A DNA stretch of 64,000 bases, taken from assembly GCA_963727445.1 (NCBI GenBank), contig CAVSGI010000020.1:672001-736000 (forward strand), given 5' to 3'. The notes under the pieces were generated by a model that worked only from the letters and a program-made list of their open reading frames with translations, did no database searches and was not told the DNA's origin. This document shows, one piece after another, positions 53,516 to 63,367 of this stretch. Position numbers and translations under genes: made by a program. Source of the stretch: an uncultured delta proteobacterium (lineage in GTDB: Bacteria; Myxococcota_A; Polyangia; Polyangiales; B10-G4). Numbering within the stretch: position 1 is the stretch's first letter; every line of letters starts with the position of its first letter.

Positions 53516-54270
53516 CCCCGCCGCCGGACGGTAGCGCGCCGGCCGGGGAGGTCGTGCGCCCGGTCCCCGACTCGGTGCTGGAGCACATCCTGGCCCGCAT
53601 CCTGGACGGGACCTACGGCAGTGGCGCCCGCTTGCCGGCGGAGCGCCAATGGACCGACCAGCTCGGCGCCAGCCGGGTCTCGGTGCGCGGCGCGCTCTCG
53701 CGTCTCGCCGAGTGGGGGGTGATCGACATCCGGCGCGGCAGCGGTGCGGTGGTGCGGCCGCGCGCCGAGTGGCGCCTCGACGTGCTGCCGGCGTACCTGC
53801 GTCACGGCGCGACGGCGGACGGGATCTTCGCCGTGGGGCAGGCCATGATGGATCTCCTCGAGGTGCGTCGCCTCCTGCTCGTGCACATGGTGGGCAAGGT
53901 CGCCGAGCGCATCGGTCCCGGGACGCTGGACGCGGCGCGCGTGGCGCTGAAGCGTGCGGCCGATGCGCGGGACGATCCGGCGCGCTTCGCCGAGCTCGAC
54001 GTCGACATGATTCGCACGGTGCTCGACTCCTGTGGGATGACCGCGCCGCTCTGGGTCCTCAACGTGTTTTCCGACGCGTACCTGCGCGCGACGCGCGAGG
54101 TGCCGCCTTCGGTGGTCGCGCCTCCGAACTACCTCGAGGCCTATACGGAGGTCTTCGACCTTCTCGAAGCAGGCAAGACGGACGAAGCGCGCAAGAAGCT
54201 CGGCGACTACCTCGAGGCCCTCGACGTCATCATCATGAGCGCCGCGGCGGCGATGGCCGCGTCTCTCTGA
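53512..54270 (+). CDS. GntR/FadR family regulator
   Basis: 'ILDGTY..GARLPAER....LGASRVSVRGALSRL..G....RRGSGA'. Confidence 0.92.
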   Translation: MTPPPDGSAPAGEVVRPVPDSVLEHILARILDGTYGSGARLPAERQWTDQLGASRVSVRGALSRLAEWGVIDIRRGSGAVVRPRAEWRLDVLPAYLRHGATADGIFAVGQAMMDLLEVRRLLLVHMVGKVAERIGPGTLDAARVALKRAADARDDPARFAELDVDMIRTVLDSCGMTAPLWVLNVFSDAYLRATREVPPSVVAPPNYLEAYTEVFDLLEAGKTDEARKKLGDYLEALDVIIMSAAAAMAASL

Positions 54271-54305
54271 ACGCTCGCCGCCCGAAGTCGAAGGAAAGCG
54301 CCCCG

Positions 54306-54320
54306 TGGCCAGGCCCTTGC
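54306..54320 (+). promoter_or_regulatory. possible sigma54 promoter
   Basis: TGGCCAGGCCCTTGC = GG-N10-GC, 60 nt upstream of the cyclophilin ATG. Confidence 0.35.
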
Positions 54321-54380
54321 CCCATCCTCGTCGAGCCATGGTAGAAGGGCGGTCCCATTTCGACCAAGGAGAACCGCTCG

Positions 54381-54899
54381 ATGGCCAACCCGACCGCGAC
54401 CTTCGACACGAGCGCCGGCACGTTCAAGGCAGAGATCTATCTCGACAAGATGCCGATCACCGCGAAGAACTTCCTCGATCTCGCCAAGAGCGGGTTCTAC
54501 GACGGACTGCACTTCCACCGCGTGATCAACAACTTCATGCTGCAGTTCGGCTGCCCGCACTCGAAGGATCCGAAGAGCTCGCGCGCCGGGACCGGCGGCC
54601 CTCCTCACGGCACGATCCAGGACGAGCATCCGGCGGACTTCAAGATGTCCAACGAGCCGATGACCATGTCGATGGCGAACACCGGCCGGCCCAACAGCGG
54701 CGGCTCGCAGTTCTTCATCAACACCAAGCACAACGACTACCTCGACTGGTTCTCACCGGGCCCGTCCAAGCATCCCGTCTTCGGCAAGGTGATCGAAGGC
54801 GAGGACGTGATCCGCAACATCGAGTCGACCCCCACCGATGCCCGGGACAACCCCGTGACGCCGGTGCAGGTCCGCCACATCACGGTCGACGGCTACTGA
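54381..54899 (+). CDS. cyclophilin-type peptidyl-prolyl isomerase
   Basis: '[17 protein letters not shown]','[16 protein letters not shown]','HPVFGKV'. Confidence 0.97.
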   Translation: MANPTATFDTSAGTFKAEIYLDKMPITAKNFLDLAKSGFYDGLHFHRVINNFMLQFGCPHSKDPKSSRAGTGGPPHGTIQDEHPADFKMSNEPMTMSMANTGRPNSGGSQFFINTKHNDYLDWFSPGPSKHPVFGKVIEGEDVIRNIESTPTDARDNPVTPVQVRHITVDGY

Positions 54900-55726
54900 C
54901 CCCGAGCAGAGCGGCGAGGGCCGGTAGCGCCTCGCCGCTCCTGGCCTCGAGCCGGACGTCGGCGAGCTCTTCGCCGCGCGCGGAGCCGAGGTTCACGATG
55001 GCGACTGGCACGCCGCGCTCGTGGGCGCGGCGAAGGAACCGATAGCCCGAGAAGACGGCGAGGCTCGAGCCGACGATGAGGAGCGCCTCGGCGTCGTCGA
55101 AGAGTCGCCAGGCCTCGTCGACGACTTCGCGCCGGCAGTTCTCGCCGAAGAAGACGACGTCGGGCTTGAGCACGCCGCCGCAGAATCTCGCAGCCGGCGA
55201 CTCTGAAGGAGCGCAGGCGCTCGCCTTCGAGCTCGGCGTCTCCGTCGGGGGCGAGCTCGGCGTGGATCTTCGCCCAGCCCGGATTGAGGCCGGAGAGGCG
55301 CGCCTGGAGCGCGGCGCGTGGGCTCACGGCGTCGCAGCCGAGGCAGCGGACGCGCTCGAGGGCGCCGTGGAGCTCGACCACGTGATCGCTGCCGGCGCGG
55401 TGATGGAGCCTGTCGACGTTCTGGGTGATCACCCCGTTGATGCTTCCGCCGCGCTCGAGCGCCGCGAGGGCGTGATGGCCGGCGTTGGGCTCGGCGCCGG
55501 AAAAGCGTCCCCATCCGACGAGGGCGCGCGCCCAGTATCGCTGTCGCGCTTCGGCGCTCTTCACGAAGGCGCGGTATTGGACGGGATTGCGCGCGCGGCG
55601 GCGCGTCTCGGGGCCGCGGTAGTCGGGGATGCCGCTCTCGGTGCTCACGCCCGCGCCGGTGAGGACGACGAAGCGCTTGCCAGCGAGGAGCGAAGCGACG
55701 GGGCCGATGTCGGGGGGCGACTGCAC
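54880..55726 (-). CDS. cobB: NAD-dependent deacylase (sirtuin, class II-like); frameshift at about 55185
   Basis: '[15 protein letters not shown]','TQNVDRLH','ELHG','[22 protein letters not shown]','GSSL.V.SG'. Confidence 0.92.
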
Positions 55727-55778
55727 GCGGACACTCGTTAATTGGGCTCGGCGGGCGCGGCGTCAACGGCCGTGCGCT

Positions 55779-56906
55779 TCAGAGGTCCCGGACGGCGAGG
55801 AGCGCCTGGCGCGTCAGCTCTCCGATGCGCGCCGTGCGCGCGCGATGCCAGCGGGTCGAGACGGCGACCAGGTAGCGGCGCCCGGTCGTGAGGTCCGTGA
55901 CGAGGCCGTGATCGAGGGCGTCGTCGCCGGGGACGGTGCCGGTCTTGTTGAGCACGTCCACCGGGCCGAGGGCGGCCTCGGCACCGGCGGCGATGCGCGA
56001 ATGCGACGCGCGGAGCGCCTCGTGCACCACCTCGACGTCCTCGTCGGAGATCGCGAAGCGTTCTTCTTCGGGGAGCTCGTGATGGAGGGTGATGCGGCGC
56101 ATCACGCTGAGCAGATCGTACAGGGTCGTGCAATTGCCCGCTTCGGGACAGATGGGGTAGAGGTGCGGCGCGTCGCGCGCGGGGATGTTGCCGTCACGCC
56201 GACCCTCGTGAAAGTGGATCTCGGGCGAGTGGCGCAGGGCCAGATCTTCGACGCCATCGGGGCGGGTGTATCGCCGCTGCATGAAGGTGTGACGCAGGCC
56301 CCAGCGGGGGAGGATGTTCTCGTTGAGGTTCTGCATGCCGGCGATCAGCACCGTCCTGTTGTAGGCGGTGTTGTTGCTGATGCGGATGGCGCGGTCGATG
56401 ATCTGCGACGCGGGGCCGTGGTAGGGGCCGTCGAGGTCTTCGAAGCTCAGCGTGGCGCGACTGTCGACCCCGCGGGCGTTCAGCACCTCGAGCGCAGCCA
56501 CAGCGGTGATCACCTTGACGGTCGAGGCCGGCCAGTACCGATCCTGCGAAGGAACGACGCCGGTTTCGCCGAGGCTGTACCAGTCGAACTGGGTGGGCGC
56601 GTCGTCCATCTCGCGGCCGATCAGCACGAAGGACTCCGCGGGCGGTTCGTAGCCCGCGGCTTCGAAGGCTGCGGCGAGGGTCTCGGTGTCGAAGGTGGAG
56701 GCCGCCGCCGCGGGGATGGGCGGCGGGGGAATGCTCATCCACTCCGACGCGCCCTCTTCGTCTGCGGAGATGGGGGTGTCGGGGAGGGTGGCCGCGGGGG
56801 GCGCCGCCGCGTGGCCGTGGCCCTCGGTCGCCGCACCCCAGGCCGACCAGGCGAAGCCGGCGAAGAGAGCGAGCGCTTTGAAGGTGTCGAGACGGACCAC
56901 CGCCAT
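55779..56906 (-). CDS. exported serine hydrolase, class A beta-lactamase-like fold
   Basis: 'PASTVK' (SxxK), 'SNN', 'KTG'. Confidence 0.85.
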   Translation of the reverse strand: MAVVRLDTFKALALFAGFAWSAWGAATEGHGHAAAPPAATLPDTPISADEEGASEWMSIPPPPIPAAAASTFDTETLAAAFEAAGYEPPAESFVLIGREMDDAPTQFDWYSLGETGVVPSQDRYWPASTVKVITAVAALEVLNARGVDSRATLSFEDLDGPYHGPASQIIDRAIRISNNTAYNRTVLIAGMQNLNENILPRWGLRHTFMQRRYTRPDGVEDLALRHSPEIHFHEGRRDGNIPARDAPHLYPICPEAGNCTTLYDLLSVMRRITLHHELPEEERFAISDEDVEVVHEALRASHSRIAAGAEAALGPVDVLNKTGTVPGDDALDHGLVTDLTTGRRYLVAVSTRWHRARTARIGELTRQALLAVRDL

Positions 56907-56951
56907 GGAATTTAGCCAACATTTGGCCGCGCGCCGTAGATTCCCGCAGGA

Positions 56952-57984
56952 CTAACGTACAAAAGCCCGAAGGGTGCGGGCTTCGAGGGCGCTTCGACGC
57001 TGGCGAACGGCATCCGCCAGGCCGAGCTGGGAGGCGGCGCGCACCTGGTTGTGGGTGCTCCGGGTGGCGAAGCGCGCGGGGTCCCAACCGAAATAGCTCT
57101 CGTTCAGCGCGTCGGCGCAGAAGCGCGCGGCGAGCTCGAGGGAGATGGTCTCGAAGCCGGGCACCAGGCTCGCGACCTCGCTTTCGGTGACGAACTCTCT
57201 GGCCGTCTCGGCGTAGCCACGAATGGCGGCATCGAAGATCGTCTCGTCGACCTCGCCGGGGGACTCTTCGCCCGCGGGGTTGCACCAGCTGCGCAGCGCG
57301 TCGCCGAGCTCGATGGCGAGAGTGCTCTTCGCCATCGTATCGAGGTCGACGAGGGCGACGGCATCGCTCAGGTCGTCGGTGAAGAGCACGTTCGAGAATC
57401 TTGAGATCGCCGTGGATGATGCGCAGGGGCAGCTCTCCGATCGCCGGCAGCGCCTCTGCGTGCGCGAGGATGCGCTCGGCGATCGGCGCGACGCGGGCGC
57501 GCTCGGGGTGGTTCGGATGCTCGCGCAGGGCGCGCTCGAGGGTAGCCAGATGCTTCGGCGTGTCGTGCGCGCCTGGCCGCGCGAAGTGAAAGGTGTGTTC
57601 GAAGTCGAGCAGGGCCTGGTGAAAGCGGCCGACCAGGCGTGCTGCGGCGCCGGCGACGGCCGGGGCGCCCACCTTCTCGACGGTGCGGCCCTCGACCCAG
57701 CTCAGCACGCGATGCACCGCGCCGTCCGCGTCCACCCAGGCGCGGCCGTCTCGGGTGCGCACCAGCCGCGGTGTGACCAGCCCGCGTTCGGCGAGTCGGT
57801 CGGTGATGGCCTCGATGTCGAGGTTCACCTCGCCCGTGAAGATGGGGTGCAGGCGTTGGAGGACGTAGCGCCCATCCTGGGCCTCGATCGAAAACGTTCG
57901 GTTGATCAGCCCGATGGCGACGGGTGTTACGTTTGCGTCCTCGAAGCCGTACGCCGCGAGGACCGCGCTCGGGATGTCTTCCAA
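56952..57984 (-). CDS. APH/choline-kinase-fold phosphotransferase; frameshift at about 57398
   Basis: 'GLINRTF','YVLQRL','IHGDLK-I-SNVLF','LVDLDT','LGDALRSWCN'; start approximate. Confidence 0.85.
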
Positions 57985-58014
57985 GGGGCGTGAGGCTAGC
58001 AGATGGGAGACGGG

Positions 58015-59659
58015 ATGACGTTGAGTCAGGTGAGGACGAAGAAGAAGGTGCCGGTCGCGCGGTGGAGCGATCTCGAAGACCGCCAGCCCACCTACGCCCT
58101 CGTCGCCGACGTCGACCTGGTGGTGGTGCGGTGGGACGACGAGGTCTCGGTGTTCTATGGCCGCTGCCTCCATCGCGGTGCGCTCATGGCTGACGGGCAC
58201 GTCGAAGGGAAGAACCTCATCTGCGGCGTGCACGGGTGGGACTACCGGATGGACTCGGGCGTCAGCGAATACAACAACGCCGAGGCGCTGCGGAAGTTCA
58301 GCACCTGGATCGATCGGAAGCTCGACCAGGTGATGGTCGACGAGGAGGAGGTGCGCGCCTTCGGCGATGAACACCCCCAGCCCTTCGATCGCGCTGCCTA
58401 TCAGGGCCTCTACGCGGACACCGGAAGCACGCCCGCCGAGCCGCATACCCATCACATCCATCAGCTGGCGAAGGAGGGCCTGTCGAAGGTCGGTCACCAC
58501 GGTCCGGTCTCGGCGATGGGGGTGTCGCGCACCGAGCTGCCGAGCTGGGATGGGCTTCAGAATCCTCACGGCGCAGCTCTCGCGCAAGCCGCTCTTGGAC
58601 GACGACGAGGTGGGCACGGAGCTCGTCATCGGCCCGAACGCCAACAAGCCCCTGACGATGAAGATCCCGCTCTTCGTGAGCGACATGAGCTACGGCGCCC
58701 TCAGCGAGGAGGCGAAGGTGGCGCTGGCGATGGGTGCCGAGCTCGCCGGCACGGGCATCTGTTCCGGCGAGGGCGGGATGTTGCCCGAGGAGCAGGCGGC
58801 GAACAGCCGCTACCTCTACGAGCTGGCGTCGGCGAAGTTCGGCTTCTCCCTCGACAAGGTTCAGAAGTGCCAGGCCTTTCACTTCAAGGCCGGGCAGGGC
58901 GCCAAGACCGGGACCGGCGGACACCTGCCCGGCGAGAAGGTGAGCGAGAAGATCGCCGCGGTCCGCGAGGTGCTCGTGGGACAGCCCGCCATCAGCCCCG
59001 CGCGTTTCGTCGATCTCGACACGCCGAACGACTTCCGCCGCGTCGCGGACCAGGTGCGGGAGGTGACGGGCGGCGTCCCCATCGGGTTCAAGATGAGCGC
59101 CCAGCACATCGAAGCGGACATCGACTTCGCGCTCGACGTCGGCTGTGACTACATCATCCTCGACGGCCGCGGGGGCGCGACCGGGGCGGCGCCGAACATC
59201 TTCAAGAACAACATCAGCGTGCCCACCATGCCGGCCCTCGCGCGCGCTCGGCATCACCTCGACGCACGCAAGGCCTCCGGGGTGACGTTGATCGTGACGG
59301 GTGGCCTCCGCACGGAGAGCGACTTCGTCAAAGCGATGGCGCTCGGGGCCGATGGCGTCGCCATCGCCAACAGCGCGCTTCAGGCGATCGGCTGCCTGGG
59401 GATGCGCGCCTGCCACACCAACAACTGCCCCGTCGGCATCGCCAGCCAGAAGCCGCACCTGAGGGCGAGGCTCGACATCGAGCGCTCGGCGAAACAGCTG
59501 GCGCGCTATCTGACGGCGACGGTAGAGCTGATGCAGGTGCTCGCGAGGGCGTGTGGCCACGCTCATCTGAGCAAGCTCGCGCCGGACGACCTCACCACGT
59601 GGGATCGCAATCTCGCCTATCTGACCGGCGTCCGATACGCCGGGGTGGTGCCGCTGTGA
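58015..59659 (+). CDS. Rieske [2Fe-2S] + FMN glutamate-synthase-like protein; frameshift at about 58561
   Basis: 'CLHRG..CGVHGW'; 'SDMSYGALSEEAK','SGEGG','GQGAKTGTGGHL','DGRGGATGA','CLGMRACHTNNCPVG'. Confidence 0.9.
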
Positions 59660-59803
59660 GCGCGCCACTGTCGCCCGAGCCGCTCGAGTGGATGAGCTGC
59701 GGGATGGAGATGAAGGGGAGCAGGGCGCGCAGATCGCCGCGTTCCTGGTCTCGGCTCTGGACGCGGCGCGGGGCCTTCTGATCTGAGGTAGCATCGCGCC
59801 TTC

Positions 59804-61504
59804 ATGTTCGAGCGCGACGAAGACGGGGACGAAGTGTTGCAGATCACGGCGCGTGGTCGCGACGTCTTGAACGACAGCCTGATCAACCGGGGGACTGCCT
59901 TTACCCACGCGGAGCGCGACGCGCTCGAGATCACCGGACTGTTGCCGACCGCGGTGAGCACCATCGAGCTCCAGGTGCGCCGGGCGCACGCGTCCATCTG
60001 CCGGAAGGAGGATCGCCTCGAGCGCTACATCGGTCTCGAGGCTCTCGCCGGACGGAACGCGGTGCTCTACTACCGCACGGTCCTCGACCACGTGGAGGAG
60101 TTCCTCCCGGTGGTCTACACCCCCACCGTCGGCGAAGCCTGCCAGCGCTTCAGTCAGATCTTTCGGCGCGGCCGCGGCGTGTGGATCACCCCCGAGCATC
60201 GCGGACGCATCAAGGACGTCCTCGACAATCACAAGACCACCGAAGGCATCCGCCTCATCTGCGTGACGGATAACGAGCGCATCCTCGGCCTCGGTGACCA
60301 GGGCGCGGGCGGCATGGGCATCCCGGTCGGCAAGCTCAGCCTCTACGTCGTCGGCGCGGGCTTTCACCCGGCGTCGACGCTCCCCGTCAGCCTGGACGTG
60401 GGCACCGACAACCAGGAGCTCCTCGACGATCCGCTCTACGTCGGCTACCGGCACGCGCGTCTTCGGGGCGTGGAGTACGCGTCTCTCGTCGAGGAGTTCG
60501 TCGAAGCGGTGCGAGACGTCTTTCCGAAGGCGCTCCTGCAGTGGGAGGACTTCAAGAAGAAGAACGCCTTCGACAACCTCGACAAGTACGTGGACCGCTT
60601 GCTCTCTTTCAATGACGACATCCAGGGCACGGCGGGGGTCGCGCTCGCCGGGATCGTCGCCGCGGCGCGGATCACGGGGATCCCGCTCTCCGATCAGCGC
60701 GTGGTCATCGCCGGTGCGGGCGCGGCCGGCATCGGGATCGGGCGGCTGATCCGTGCAGAGATGGGGCGGGCAGGGCTGACGGGGGACGACCTCGTCTCCC
60801 GGGTGGGCCTCCTCGACAGCCGCGGCTTCCTGACCGACGGGCGCGAGTATCGCGACGCCTACAAGAAGGAGATGGCATGGCCCGCGGCGCTCGCGGAGTC
60901 CTTTGGTCTGCCGAGCGATGGCTCGGTGGAGCTCGCGCAGGCGGTCGATGCGCTTCGCCCGACGGTGCTCATCGGCACCACCGGCCTGCCGGGGACCTTC
61001 GGCGAGGAGGCCCTGCGCAACATGGCCAAGCACACCGCGCGGCCGGTGGTCTTCCCCTACTCGAATCCCACCGCGAATGCGGAGGCGACGCCGGAGCAGA
61101 TCCTCGAATGGACTGGCGGCAAGGCCATCGTCGCCAGCGGCAGCCCTTTCGCGCCGGTCGAATACGAAGGGCGAACCATCCACATCGGACAGGGCAACAA
61201 CGTCTACATCTTCCCGGGCGTGGGCCTGGGCGCCGTGATCAGCGGCGCGAAGAAGGTCACCAACGAGATGTTCGCGGTTGCCGCGGAGACCCTCGCTTCG
61301 ATGGTGAGCCAAGAGGATCTGGACCGCGGGGCGGTGTACCCCGGCTTGACCAAGCTACGCGCGATCAGCCGCGAGATCGCCATCGCCGTGGGCATGGAAG
61401 CGATCGAAGAAGGCGACGCCCCCACACGTTCGCGCGAAGAGCTGGCGAAGGCCATCGACGACGCCATGTGGTACCCGCGGTACGCGAAGCTCGACTTCGG
61501 GTGA
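59804..61504 (+). CDS. maeA: NAD-dependent malic enzyme
   Basis: 'YTPTVGEAC','TDNERILGLGD','QWEDF','FNDDIQGT','GAGAAG','GQGNNVYIFPG'. Confidence 0.96.
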   Translation: MFERDEDGDEVLQITARGRDVLNDSLINRGTAFTHAERDALEITGLLPTAVSTIELQVRRAHASICRKEDRLERYIGLEALAGRNAVLYYRTVLDHVEEFLPVVYTPTVGEACQRFSQIFRRGRGVWITPEHRGRIKDVLDNHKTTEGIRLICVTDNERILGLGDQGAGGMGIPVGKLSLYVVGAGFHPASTLPVSLDVGTDNQELLDDPLYVGYRHARLRGVEYASLVEEFVEAVRDVFPKALLQWEDFKKKNAFDNLDKYVDRLLSFNDDIQGTAGVALAGIVAAARITGIPLSDQRVVIAGAGAAGIGIGRLIRAEMGRAGLTGDDLVSRVGLLDSRGFLTDGREYRDAYKKEMAWPAALAESFGLPSDGSVELAQAVDALRPTVLIGTTGLPGTFGEEALRNMAKHTARPVVFPYSNPTANAEATPEQILEWTGGKAIVASGSPFAPVEYEGRTIHIGQGNNVYIFPGVGLGAVISGAKKVTNEMFAVAAETLASMVSQEDLDRGAVYPGLTKLRAISREIAIAVGMEAIEEGDAPTRSREELAKAIDDAMWYPRYAKLDFG

Positions 61505-61614
61505 GGCTTTCCGACCCGGACCAAAGTCCGACATCGACCTACACCGCTTCCCCTCCTTCTACTTCGGAGCCGCATGTGATTCACTGACCATCCGGCCGGC
61601 AGCCGCAACACCAC

Positions 61615-63339
61615 ATGAGTTCGGGCCCACCAAGTAGCACTCCGGGAAGCCATCTCAGCCTCGTCCCAGAAGAACCGGGGGCGAGAGTTGGCGAGATTTC
61701 GACTCGGGTCCTGTGGTGCTCAGCCAAGTATGTCGAGGACCATTTTGGAGTGGAGGCGCTCGAGGAATTGAGTGCCGACGCAGGCATCGATTCCAAGGCC
61801 ATCGACGATGGATCGACGTGGATTCGGATGGAGCAGGCGAGTCACTTCCTCGCTGGCGTACGCGAGTTGGTGGGGAACGACAACGCGTTCAGGCAGTCAT
61901 GCGTTCATCGGGCGAAGGACGCATTTGGTCCGCTTCGCTTCGTTCTCCCCGCCACCACTCCGCGCACCATCATGAAGATGGCAGCTAAGACCATGCGGTT
62001 GGTGACGACCGTTGGCTCTGTGGAGATCATCGACGAGCATCGCAATGGGATCCGGACGAAGTACACGAGCACCGTCCCCGAGCACGAGACCCGTCTGATG
62101 TGCATGTCGAGGATGGCCACCTCGGCGTCAATCCCCACCTGGTTCGGGCTTCCAACGGCCACGGTCAAGGAACACTCCTGCATTGCTCGCGGGGACGAGG
62201 CATGTGTCTACGACTACAGCTTCTACACCCGTGGGCGGTGGCTGCCGCCCGTTGTCGGCGCGCTCGTAGGCCTCGCGATGGCGTATGCACTGGTCCTCGT
62301 CGGTCTCGTGCTTCCCGCCTTGTGGGTGTGTCTTCCTCTGATGTTTGCGCTCGTCGGCGCGGTGTACGAGGCCCGGTTCACGTACACCACTAATCTCTCT
62401 CACGGTGAGCAGATTCAGGCGGCGCTACGCGAAACCGCCGAGAACGAGGCCGATGCGCGACGCGAGCTGCTTGCTCTTCATCAGCGCCAGCGCGAGTGGG
62501 CTCGGATGATGGAGCAGCAGGTTCGGGAGCGAACATCCACGCTTCAGCAGGTGCTCGATACGGTGCGGAAATTGAGTGAGGAACGCGGCACTCACATACG
62601 AAGCGTGTCTCACGATCTTCGCAATCCATTGTCGATTCTGCGCGCCAATCACGAATTCTTCGCGGAGCTGCCCGTCTCGGGGGAGCTCGAAGAGGCCGCG
62701 GCCGAGGCGATCAAGGATGGCAAAGAGGCGGTAGAGCGAATGGAGCAGATGATCATTGCGCTCATCGACTCGCTCGCCCACGAGTCGAACATGGTCAGGG
62801 TCACTCCTTCTCGGTTAGACATTGCGCCGCTCGTCAATCGCCTCCGCACTCGGGCGCGTGCGTTGGTGTTCGGTCGCGATATCAGGGTCAGTGCCTTCAA
62901 GACGCGGGAGGCTCCCCTATTCATCGAAACGGATCGGCTCATCTTCGAGCGCGTCATCGACAATCTGTTGACCAACGCCGCGAAGTACACGGATCAGGGC
63001 AGCATCGTCATCGAGTTCGATGGGAGTCCCGGTTTCTTGACCATCAAGGTGTCCGACACCGGGCGTGGGATCTCCTCGGAGCGGATCCCGAAGATATTCC
63101 GAGCCCGATCTGTCAGGGACGGAGATGACACCAGGAGCTTGGGGATAGGCCTGTCCGTGGTCACCGCCTTGATGGCCCAGGTGGGAGGGCGAATCGAGGT
63201 GATGTCCAAGCCCGGAAGCGGTACGACCTTCTGGGTGCACTTTCCCGAAGTCCTGCCGCCGGAAGCGGTCGGCGACGACCGGCGCGATCCAAATGACCGG
63301 TTGCGAGACGTGGTGACGATACGTAGCCTCTCTGGCTGA
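61615..63339 (+). CDS. sensor histidine kinase with N-terminal HNOB/V4R-like domain and 2 TM
   Basis: 'EHSCIARGDEACVYD' V4R-like; H-box 'SHDLRNPL'; 'NLLTNAAKYT','DTGRGI','GIGLSVV','GTTF'. Confidence 0.93.
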   Translation: MSSGPPSSTPGSHLSLVPEEPGARVGEISTRVLWCSAKYVEDHFGVEALEELSADAGIDSKAIDDGSTWIRMEQASHFLAGVRELVGNDNAFRQSCVHRAKDAFGPLRFVLPATTPRTIMKMAAKTMRLVTTVGSVEIIDEHRNGIRTKYTSTVPEHETRLMCMSRMATSASIPTWFGLPTATVKEHSCIARGDEACVYDYSFYTRGRWLPPVVGALVGLAMAYALVLVGLVLPALWVCLPLMFALVGAVYEARFTYTTNLSHGEQIQAALRETAENEADARRELLALHQRQREWARMMEQQVRERTSTLQQVLDTVRKLSEERGTHIRSVSHDLRNPLSILRANHEFFAELPVSGELEEAAAEAIKDGKEAVERMEQMIIALIDSLAHESNMVRVTPSRLDIAPLVNRLRTRARALVFGRDIRVSAFKTREAPLFIETDRLIFERVIDNLLTNAAKYTDQGSIVIEFDGSPGFLTIKVSDTGRGISSERIPKIFRARSVRDGDDTRSLGIGLSVVTALMAQVGGRIEVMSKPGSGTTFWVHFPEVLPPEAVGDDRRDPNDRLRDVVTIRSLSG

Positions 63340-63367
63340 CAATTCGAGTTGGGGGGAAGGCCAATTC

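Noticed and set aside
52642..54270. Novel lipoprotein-GntR fusion (542-aa ORF)
   Set aside because: Removing one base at AGAATC (53462-53467) gives a normal C-terminus and a stop overlapping the GntR ATG; a secreted DNA-binding fusion is implausible
53462..58564. Programmed ribosomal frameshifting in sirtuin, kinase and Rieske-GltS genes
   Set aside because: No slippery heptamers; the same lesion occurs in genes on both strands, which fits a DNA-level or sequencing cause
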